Shown one piece after another: positions 1-8,100 of a stretch of DNA of 32,000 bases (its first letter is position 1; every line of letters starts with the position of its first letter). Under the pieces are notes generated by a model. It was given only the letters and a program-made list of their open reading frames with translations. It was not told the DNA's origin and did not search any database. The translations under genes and the position numbers were made by a program. The DNA is from Pirellula staleyi DSM 6068. GTDB lineage: Bacteria > Planctomycetota > Planctomycetia > Pirellulales > Pirellulaceae. The stretch lies in NCBI GenBank assembly GCA_000025185.1, contig CP001848.1:660001-692000 (forward strand). The letters run 5' to 3'.

Positions 1-480
1 CTCTATGGCAAGGTCTCCGACGCCATCCGCGAAGGTGAAACGATCGCCAAGCCACTCGCTGCCAACAGCCGACCTGGTTTTCATCCGGTCGCCCTCTTCC
101 TCTGGGTACTGCTCGGTGCGAGCGTGCCGCTCGGCATCATGTGCATGCCAGGGATGATTAAGAGCGTCGGGCTGCAGCCACTGCTCTATGGTGCTCTGCT
201 CGGCGTGATGGCGGGTGGCATTTACTACTTCCTTCGCATGAATCACCGCATCGTCGACGAACTGGTGGTGAACATGGTGGACGTGGGTGAAGAGACGGGC
301 GAACTCGACACCATGCTCTACAAAGTGGCCGACGTGTTCGACGAAGAAGTTTCGACACTCACCGACGGTTTGATGAAGCTGATCGAGCCACTCCTCATCG
401 TGTTCCTCGGTGGTGCGGTGGGCTTCATCGTGATCTCGCTCTTCATGCCTCTGATTAGCTTGATCCAAGGTCTGACCTAA
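1..480 (+). CDS. gspF: Type II secretion / type IV pilus platform protein (GspF/PilC family), C-terminal part; 5' end lies outside the window
   Basis: Frame 1 is open from nt 1 (LYGKVSDAIREGETIAKPLAANS...) into the listed 124..480 ORF. The C-terminus VVNMVDVGEETGELDTMLYKVADVFDEEVSTLTDGLMKLIEPLLIVFLGGAVGFIVISLFMPLISL matches the conserved GspF/PilC second-repeat motif (vGEetG.Ld..L..vA.fy..ev......l..llEP.li...g..vG.iv.amylPi) plus the last TM helix. Pseudopilin genes follow directly. Confidence 0.85.
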   Translation, partial: LYGKVSDAIREGETIAKPLAANSRPGFHPVALFLWVLLGASVPLGIMCMPGMIKSVGLQPLLYGALLGVMAGGIYYFLRMNHRIVDELVVNMVDVGEETGELDTMLYKVADVFDEEVSTLTDGLMKLIEPLLIVFLGGAVGFIVISLFMPLISLIQGLT

Positions 481-529
481 GACACAACCCAAGATCGCTC
501 CCCACTCGGGCAGCTTTCGATATTGACCG

Positions 530-559
530 GGAATCGAGCCTCCTCAGCAGCTCGATTCC
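530..559 (+). promoter_or_regulatory. Intergenic RNA hairpin between the platform gene and the pseudopilin genes (perfect 10-bp stem, 10-nt loop, no U-tract)
   Basis: GGAATCGAGC (530-539) and GCTCGATTCC (550-559) are exact reverse complements. It lies 50 nt after the gspF stop. No T-run follows, so it is not a classical intrinsic terminator. Confidence 0.3.
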
Positions 560-745
560 GAGGGCCAGGCGCGCGAGCTGCGTCTGGTCTGCTGTCGGTG
601 CTCAGCACGTTTTGATTCCAGCAGATTCAGCAAAAAACTACAGGTGGTTGCGACTTTCGAGCGGCATTTCTCGTGCGGCTCGACACCGACGCAGCTCCCC
701 TCCCCTTATCCACGTTTGCGTTTTTCGGCGAAGGAGAATCCGGCT

Positions 746-1660
746 ATGCAACTCACCTCCACCACTGCGACGAGCCCCGCGCGACTCGAATGTGTGGCCC
801 GTTTCTCCGCGCAATCGCGACGGCGTGGTTTCACGCTTGTGGAACTGCTCGTGGTGCTCGGCATCATCGCCGTGCTGGTGGCCCTGCTTGTTCCCGCAGC
901 GATGGCCGCGCTCAACACAGCGCGTCGCGCGTCGATCGCGTTTAAGGTTTCGCAGCTGGCCGACGGCATCGAAAAATACCGTGCCGCGCACGACGACTAT
1001 CCCCCCAGCAGTCGCGACGTCGGTGCCATTCAGCGTCACTTGCGTAAATGCTATCCCAAGATTACCCCGGTTTACTTCAATGCTACGGTCGCCAAACTCA
1101 CCGATGCCTCCATCAATGGCATCGACGAAGGTGAAGCTCTCGTGTTCTGGCTGAGCCAAGTGAACAAGTCGGCGACCAATCCGTTTCCTAGCTTGATGAC
1201 TCCTGGCATTGCGATTCCCTCGCCAGAAGCTCACTACGTCTTCAAGGAAACCGACTTGCAGGACGACGATGGGGACGGCTTTCCGTCGTTCGTTTGCCGC
1301 GAAGCGAAGGACACCTACTTCCTCTATCTCGATGCTCGATCGTACGACGAGTTCATGGACTACTCGAACGCCAGTTCCCCTGCCTTTGCCGAGAGTCGCG
1401 CGGTGGGTGAGGCTCGGCCTTATTTCTCCGACACGATTGCCAACAGCGCGGCGACCGATGCTCGCCAGCGCTACAAGCTGATGAACCCCACAAGCTTTCA
1501 GATCATTTGCGCGGGGCAGGATGGTGAGTTCAACCTGGGTTTCAACGACGACGACAGCGACGTGAAGCTCTTCCCCAGCGGTCTGAACTACAGCAATTCT
1601 GATCGCGACAACATTACAAACTTCAGCGATGGCCGACGCCTGATGGACAACATTCCGTAG
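746..1660 (+). CDS. Prepilin-type N-terminal cleavage/methylation domain protein, GspG-like pseudopilin with large insertions (304 aa)
   Basis: AAGGAGA at 731-737 lies 8 nt before ATG 746. The leader ends ...SRRRG|FTLVELLVVLGIIAVLVALLVPA (class III signal, Glu at +5). After the helix, ARRASIAFKVSQLADGIEKYRAAHDDYPPS resembles GspG. The C-terminus ICAGQDGEFN...DNITNF resembles the GspG ending (s.G.DG....DDi.nw). The listed ORF start at 644 is probably too far upstream. Confidence 0.8.
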   Translation: MQLTSTTATSPARLECVARFSAQSRRRGFTLVELLVVLGIIAVLVALLVPAAMAALNTARRASIAFKVSQLADGIEKYRAAHDDYPPSSRDVGAIQRHLRKCYPKITPVYFNATVAKLTDASINGIDEGEALVFWLSQVNKSATNPFPSLMTPGIAIPSPEAHYVFKETDLQDDDGDGFPSFVCREAKDTYFLYLDARSYDEFMDYSNASSPAFAESRAVGEARPYFSDTIANSAATDARQRYKLMNPTSFQIICAGQDGEFNLGFNDDDSDVKLFPSGLNYSNSDRDNITNFSDGRRLMDNIP

Positions 1661-1746
1661 TGGATCGTCGCCACTGATCGTCTTCGTTTGAGCCCCCGAC
1701 TGAGCCCGTTTTTCTTATCACCTTCCACACCCTGCGAGAGAGCCTT

Positions 1747-2805
1747 ATGACTGGCCAACCAATCCAGCAGCACACGATGGTGCGGCGATCGCGGCGTGGT
1801 TTCACGCTCACCGAATTGCTGGTCGTGATTGCGATCATTGCGATTTTGGCCGGGCTGTCGTTCGCCGGGTTGCAAGGTGCGACGGAACAAGCGCGCGAAG
1901 CACGCACCCGTGCGGTGCTGGCGAAACTCGATCAGCTGATCATGGAGAAGTACGACACCTTCACCACCCGCTCGATTCGCGTGAATCCAGCCTTTCAGCA
2001 GAGCGGAATGTCTACAACGCCACAGACTTTCATTGCTCAGGTGCGGCTCTACACGCTCCGCGAGCAGATGCGACTCGAACTTCCCGACCGCATCAGCGAC
2101 CTCTGCACCAACGCCGAACGGACTGGTGATTTTGCCGATCTGACACTCAACGCTGTCGACATCTTCAATGTCGAGCGAGCTTCGATTTCGGGCATCGCCT
2201 TGAACCCCGGGATGCCTTCGATCACACGAACCTACAAGCGTAAGGCTGGGATTGCCATCGCCAATGGGAGTGGCTGGACGTCGGAGTTTGGTGGGGCCGA
2301 ATGCCTCTACCTGATCGTCTCGACGATGCGTGATGGCGACAAAAGTGCGCTCGAGTTCTTTCGCTCGGAAGAAATTGGGGACGTCGATGGAGATGGAATG
2401 CCTGAGTTCCTGGATGGTTGGGGGCGTCCGATCCTGTTCATCCGCTGGGCACCAGGCTACGTCAACAACCCCGACAATGGCCGCTTCGCACCAACGCTGC
2501 AAGTCAACAACGGTGTACTATCACCCGATCCGTTCGATCCTCTGCGGGTCGATCCGCGCTGGGGCCTTAACACCAATCCGTTCTACAAGCCCTATGCACT
2601 GCGGCCACTCATCATGTCCGGTGGGCCTGACAAAGAGTATTCGATCTTTGTGAATACCCGCGCGGCGATGGATCTCCCCACGGCGAGTGATCTTCCGAAC
2701 GATCCCTACGTCGGTTTGGGTACAGCTAGTGGAATGTCGGGCGATCCTGATCCGACCAACGGCTATGGCGACGACCTGACCAATCACTACCAGGGAGGGC
2801 TCTAA
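1747..2805 (+). CDS. Prepilin-type N-terminal cleavage/methylation domain protein, second GspG-like pseudopilin (352 aa)
   Basis: RRSRRG|FTLTELLVVIAIIAILAGLSFAGLQGATEQAREARTRAVLAKLDQLI. Later GDVDGDGMPEFLDGWGRPI (compare the GspG D.WG.p motif) and ...SGGPDKEY...GDDLTNHY at the C-terminus. Start could be ATG 1747 or ATG 1777. Confidence 0.8.
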   Translation: MTGQPIQQHTMVRRSRRGFTLTELLVVIAIIAILAGLSFAGLQGATEQAREARTRAVLAKLDQLIMEKYDTFTTRSIRVNPAFQQSGMSTTPQTFIAQVRLYTLREQMRLELPDRISDLCTNAERTGDFADLTLNAVDIFNVERASISGIALNPGMPSITRTYKRKAGIAIANGSGWTSEFGGAECLYLIVSTMRDGDKSALEFFRSEEIGDVDGDGMPEFLDGWGRPILFIRWAPGYVNNPDNGRFAPTLQVNNGVLSPDPFDPLRVDPRWGLNTNPFYKPYALRPLIMSGGPDKEYSIFVNTRAAMDLPTASDLPNDPYVGLGTASGMSGDPDPTNGYGDDLTNHYQGGL

Positions 2806-2808
2806 GTC

Positions 2809-3855
2809 ATGACCTCTTGGTTCTTCCGTATCGTGACATCTTTGCCAATCGCATCGCAGCAGCGCCGATCGAAGCGATCGGCTGGCTATACGCTCATCGA
2901 GCTGCTGGTGGTGATCATCATCCTGCTGCTGCTACTCGCGCTGCTGTTGCCGATTGCCTCGTTCGCGGTTAAAGACACCCGCACTCGTTCGGCCGCTTCC
3001 CGTTTGCAGAATGCGTTTCACATCGCTCGGCAAATGGCGATTCGCGATCGGCGTCCCTGTGGCGTCTACTTGCAAGTCGATCAGCAACTCGGTGGCGCGG
3101 GAGTGTTTCAAGTCACCAAGGGCTACTTTGCTCAAGAGGCACCTCCCTACAGCGGATCGACTCTCGGCGTGCGAGCGTACAACGGTCCCGGTGCCGACAT
3201 GACAATATCTACAAACGATGACGTGCTCATGTTCTCTGACTCTTCCGAGAACAATTATTTGTCGGCTTTAATCAACCATCAGCCAGAGACGATTCTGGTC
3301 CGCTTTGATTACAAGGGAGAGTGGTTCGTCTATAGCTTCGATGTTATGAGCAGTCAGTTCATAGGGGGTTATCCCGAACGGGCGACCAGCAATGCTCGTC
3401 CACCGACCGTGGCTGGAACTACGGGCTATCCGTTTCAGATTCGACGATTGCCCAAACGAACGGCTGCGGCCTTTGAGCTTCCCGATGGAACGGCCATCGA
3501 CCTGGCATACAGTGGGTTTGGTCGCACCGGAACCGAGTTCAGCAGCGGCAGCTATCTCTTTCCGGCGGACGACACCACCTCGAGCGCGATTGTCGTGATG
3601 TTTAACTCCGACGGCGCAATCGAAAGCATCTATCGCGGTGCAGAGCCGGGGCGACCTCGCAGCGAGAGCATCAACTTCCTGCTCGGCGACATCGAGCGGT
3701 TGGGGGTGGCGGGTACCGAGTCGAATTTGGCACGCTCCGAAAATCTGTGGTTTCAGCTGCGCGGTCCCTTGGGGATCCCGGTGATTTACGAAAACAACCC
3801 CGACGCTGCCCTCACGCTGCAAGCATGCCGCAGCCTGTCGGACACGGCACAGTAG
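2809..3855 (+). CDS. Prepilin-type minor pseudopilin, GspH/FimT-like N-terminal region (348 aa)
   Basis: ATG lies 3 nt after the upstream stop (TAA 2803-2805). KRSAG|YTLIELLVVIIILLLLLALLLP is followed by TRTRSAASRLQNAFHIARQMAIRDRRPCGVYL, the pattern seen after the helix in GspH/FimT-type pseudopilins. Confidence 0.7.
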   Translation: MTSWFFRIVTSLPIASQQRRSKRSAGYTLIELLVVIIILLLLLALLLPIASFAVKDTRTRSAASRLQNAFHIARQMAIRDRRPCGVYLQVDQQLGGAGVFQVTKGYFAQEAPPYSGSTLGVRAYNGPGADMTISTNDDVLMFSDSSENNYLSALINHQPETILVRFDYKGEWFVYSFDVMSSQFIGGYPERATSNARPPTVAGTTGYPFQIRRLPKRTAAAFELPDGTAIDLAYSGFGRTGTEFSSGSYLFPADDTTSSAIVVMFNSDGAIESIYRGAEPGRPRSESINFLLGDIERLGVAGTESNLARSENLWFQLRGPLGIPVIYENNPDAALTLQACRSLSDTAQ

Positions 3856-3896
3856 GCAACTTTTGGCCGTCGGCACGGCGAGCAGGAACGAACCAT

Positions 3897-5033
3897 ATGA
3901 ACTCACAACGCACCTACCGACGAGCCCTCTCGCACCAGCGGTCGGCTGTCACGATTTTGGAAGTCTTGTTTTCCATTCTCGTGGCCACCATCGGCTTGCT
4001 CGGAGCGGTGGCAGTGATTCCTGTCGCTGCCAGCCAAGCCCGCAAAGGTCAAATTGCCGACGCCTCGGCGGTGACTGGTCTTTCGGCGATTCACGAGTTC
4101 GATGCCCGTGGCATGCGCAACACCCAGCGGTGGTTTTGGTGGGACGGCAATGCCTACCAAGGGGCCAGCACGTTCTTTGGGGGTAGCTCGTCGTACTGCA
4201 TCGATCCACGCTTCGTCGCCGACAATGCCATCAGCGGAACGTCGACCACGTTTCCTTACGGAGCGTCGGGCATTCCAGCGATGCCGCGGCTGAACCTCAC
4301 CAGTTCCGCAGCCCCTCCTTACACCAGCGCGATGTCGTCGATTCAGGCGAATGTCGAGTTCGCGTGCGACGACGATCTGGTGGTGCTCGAGCCAACCGAT
4401 CGTTCGCTCCCCGCCGCGCAGCAATATCCGCGTGACGATACGCAAGCGATCCTGAGTGGTCGTCGCCAAACTGGTGGCCTGATGTCGTGGTTTGCCACCA
4501 TCACCCCAAAGCTCGATCGCTACCACTCAGCCGCAACCGCTACCAACGAATATCTTCTCTCGATTGTTGTGCTGAAGAGTCGTCCGATCAATCTTCGGAC
4601 GTCGGACTATGGCGATCAGGAATGGACTGTCAACGTCACGGCGTTCAACAGCATTGGACAAGTTGGCGGTCATGCGGCTGGCGCGAGCGTGGCGCTACGG
4701 GGTGGCGATATTCAAATCTCGGCTCCCACGGCTGAGATGCTCGACATCAAGCGCGATCAGTGGATCATGCTCGCCGGCACTGCCACAGTGATCGATCCAG
4801 CGACAGGTACAGCGGGTTCATTTACGGCGAACCGTTTTCAGTGGTATCGCGTGACCGATCTCGACGACGAGCCGGTGAACAATGGTGCCAACTGGGTGCG
4901 TGATATCACGATTGCTGGACAAGACTGGAACACCGATCTCAACGGCGACAGCAGCCCCGATCCCTGCATTGCGGTGATCGTTCGGGATGTGACGGCGGTG
5001 TACGAGAAGACGATCCGACTGGAAACAAACTAG
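3897..5033 (+). CDS. Prepilin-type minor pseudopilin, PilV/GspI-like N-terminus (378 aa)
   Basis: Internal ATG 3897 gives MNSQRTYRRALSHQRSA|VTILEVLFSILVATIGLLGAVAVIPVA (Glu at +5; the IGLLG motif is as in PilV/GspI). The listed start at 3747 would overlap the previous gene by 109 nt and adds a non-pilin-like peptide. Confidence 0.65.
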   Translation: MNSQRTYRRALSHQRSAVTILEVLFSILVATIGLLGAVAVIPVAASQARKGQIADASAVTGLSAIHEFDARGMRNTQRWFWWDGNAYQGASTFFGGSSSYCIDPRFVADNAISGTSTTFPYGASGIPAMPRLNLTSSAAPPYTSAMSSIQANVEFACDDDLVVLEPTDRSLPAAQQYPRDDTQAILSGRRQTGGLMSWFATITPKLDRYHSAATATNEYLLSIVVLKSRPINLRTSDYGDQEWTVNVTAFNSIGQVGGHAAGASVALRGGDIQISAPTAEMLDIKRDQWIMLAGTATVIDPATGTAGSFTANRFQWYRVTDLDDEPVNNGANWVRDITIAGQDWNTDLNGDSSPDPCIAVIVRDVTAVYEKTIRLETN

Positions 5034-5099
5034 TCGGTCGTCGGCGATGGATGGTCGATTGGCTTTTCCCCTGGCTGTTCTGGCCAGATTGTAGTTGGT

Positions 5100-5121
5100 G
5101 GCAAGGCCCGGAACCCTTGCC
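5100..5121 (+). promoter_or_regulatory. Hairpin 20 nt upstream of the giant gene's start codon (7-bp stem, 8-nt loop)
   Basis: GGCAAGG (5100-5106) and CCTTGCC (5115-5121) are exact reverse complements. It is followed by CTGTTATGGAGAGAGAACG-ATG, so the GGAGAG Shine-Dalgarno-like element sits just 3' of the stem. Confidence 0.25.
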
Positions 5122-5140
5122 CTGTTATGGAGAGAGAACG

Positions 5141-8100
5141 ATGGCAACTCAGCACCACGCGACGACCGGCATCTGCACCCAGCAGAGCTCCCCGACGAAT
5201 CGCCCGCCATCGCGCGGACGCCTCTCGCGCCAGCGACGTGGTGTCGTGCTGCTGCTGGTGATCAGCCTCCTGACGCTCTTCATCTTGATCGGCGTGACCT
5301 ACGCGATTGTGGCGTCGACCTACCTCTCGGCTGCGAAGAGCACCGCCCTGATCGACCAAGTGGGAGACCAGCCACAGCTGGAGCTCGACGAAGTCTTCAC
5401 CAACATTCTGAGCGACACTTCGAACAACAGCACACTCAAGGGAACCTCGCCGCTGCTCGACATGTACGGCACCGACGGGATCTGCGGCGAACTCACTTCG
5501 GTCGGCACGTTCGACAACGGTAATCAAACGATTCGGTTCAGTGCTTCGTCCCCCACGACGTTCACCGCGCCACCACCCTACACCGGAGCGACGTTCTCCA
5601 ATGTCCCTGACTACTACAACGGCCGGGTGATCACGTTCTGGCGCTACAACGGCTCGGAAGCGCGTCCGATCAGCACGCGCGTCATGCAGTACGCTCCGCC
5701 CGATATGTCGGGGAGCATCACCATGGTGGTGGCGGCCGACTTCACCAACTCGGGCTCGATGCTCGCGGCTCCGCAAATTGGCGATCGGTTTGTCATTAAC
5801 GGGGCCCCGTACAACGGCACGGGAGCCGGCTATCAAGACTCCACTTCCCCCGCGCTCGGTTTGGAAGTCGATGTTGCGGGGACCAATCGCCCGATCGCAC
5901 TTCTACCTCACTTTGCCGGACATCCTGATCCCGATAGCGCCATTCAATCGGCCAATGCAGGTGGTTTCGACGAAAGCTACGATGCGGTCGATTTCCAAAA
6001 CTTCTTCCTCGCGCTCGATCCACCAGGACTTGCGCAAGAAATTGCGAACTCCTCACGCACCTCGCCTCAGATTCCGTCGTACCATCGTCCCGACCTCGTG
6101 AATTACTGGACGAACGCCGTCAGCATCACTTCCGACACCGACATCCTGACGCACAGCGACTTGCTGCGGCGCGTGATTGCCCGCCCGATGCCGTGGGACC
6201 ATCCGAACTTCACCGGTAGCAATCCGGCATTTCCCATCGGTCAAACGAACTGGATGAGTGCACTCTCCAACGCCTCCAACTTGCAAGGCATTTGGGACGT
6301 CGACAACGATGGGGATGGAGTCCCCGACAGCATTTGGATCGATCCCGGTTTGCCGATCATCACCACCCCCGATGGGCGCAAAGTGAAGCGGCTCGCAGCG
6401 ATCAAGATCATCGACCTCGACAGCCGCCTCGATATCAACGCCACCGGCAACCTGGCGCAAACCTTTTCCTCCAATCATCGGGCTGCTCAAGGAATCACGC
6501 TGTTTGCTTTGGCCGGTCAAACCCCCTCTGCCCCGTCGCTGGTTTATCTGCCGCGCGGACTTGGCTATGGTCCTGCGGAAATCGACTGGCAAAGTGTGAT
6601 TTTTGGTAGCGACGACGCTTCGTACACCGCTGTGCTGCAAGCCCGCTATCAAGGGGCGGGAGAGACTCAGCCCGGTACGCTCGGCGACGAACTCCTCTCG
6701 GCCCGGCATGCGATTGGCATGGTGCCGAACAACTTGACGAATCCTTCGAGCTACGCCAGTCCTCCCGATGTCTACGGTCGTGGTGCTGTCGGTACCGACC
6801 ATTTTGGACAACCGGTCTACGGCTTCACGGGGGATAACGAAACGGTAGACGACCCGTACGAAGTGCAGTACGACCATACTCGCGCAACAGCCGACCGTCC
6901 GTTCGACGTGAGCGACCTCGAATGGCTCCTCCGTCATCACGATTCGGGTGTGGGACAAAAGCCGACCCGACTCTCGTCGTCGGCTGCTTCGACGTACCTC
7001 ACCGCAGGGGCTCCTGGCTCGATCGACGCGACACACGCGAAACGTCAACTCCTGACGACGATGAGCTCGCACGTTCCTGTCCCACCAGGACCACACTTGC
7101 GCGAAGAGCGGGCCACAGGCTGGAGCACCAATGCCCATCGTCGCACGCTGCTCGATCTGTATTACAAACGCCTCCTGGGAGCAGGAGATTTTACGAAAGC
7201 ATGGGCGCAGCTCGTTCCGTTTGAAGCACGCCACGGTCATCCGTTCAACATCAACCGTCCTTTCGGCAACGGTATCGACGACAACAGCAATTCCGTTATC
7301 GACGATCCAAGCGAAGCATTAATCGCTAATGAATTGCTTTTTGGGACAGTGAATTTTGAGAAGTTCAATGACAGTTCGTACGCAGGAGACTCTGCCGATC
7401 AACGTCAAATCTACGCTCGCCACCTCTACACGCTGCTGATGCTGATCCGCGACAGCGGGGGTGCCACCTGGCAGATTCCCGAGGATGTGAACGGCGACGG
7501 ACCGACTGATGCTCGCGATACCGCGCATTATCTGGCTCAGTATGCGGTGAACGTCGTCGATTTCCGCGACAACGATTCGATCAACACTGGTTTCGAGTAC
7601 GACGTGAATCCGTTCGATGGTTGGGATGTCGATGGTGATCTCTCGACCGACGAAGGTGCCAATCGGGGTGTCGTGTGGGGTGCCGAGCGTCCCGAACTGC
7701 TGATTACCGAAACGCTGGCAACGCACGACCTGCGGACCGAAGACTTGATGGACGAAGAACCCAACGGCGGCGAAACTGCGGCGCTCGTGGATGCGACCAC
7801 CGATCCCGATCCTGATTTCGATCAGCGCTTTCGCCCTTCGGGCTCGTTTTTCCTCGAGCTCTTCAATCCGCACTTCGACTACACCAACGCCACGAATGCG
7901 ACCCAGCAAGGGGTCCATAAGCCGCTCGAAATTTACGACGGCAATGGCGGAGTAGCGCTCAACCGCATTAGCGCCGGTGGAGCCGGTTCCCCCGTGTGGC
8001 GCGTGATCATCGTGCAAGGTGCGGCCCGCAATGAAAATCCCGATGTCCCCGCCCCCGAGCACCTGACCGGTGCGGCTACCGGCGCGGGAGAAATCGAGCG

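Noticed and set aside
3747-3896. Upstream-extended starts from the ORF track (3747, and likewise 644, 5051, 10735..11592, 21384, 23151, 25627, 28038)
   Set aside because: The extensions overlap upstream genes or add non-signal peptides. Internal ATGs give proper prepilin leaders, signal peptides or lipoboxes with SD-like sequences.
5213-5311. 'SRQRRGVVLLL' at the N-terminus of the giant protein as a Tat signal
   Set aside because: It lacks the S/T-R-R-x-F-L-K context and an AxA cleavage site. The segment fits the GspK-type pilin-like helix, and its operon position supports that reading.
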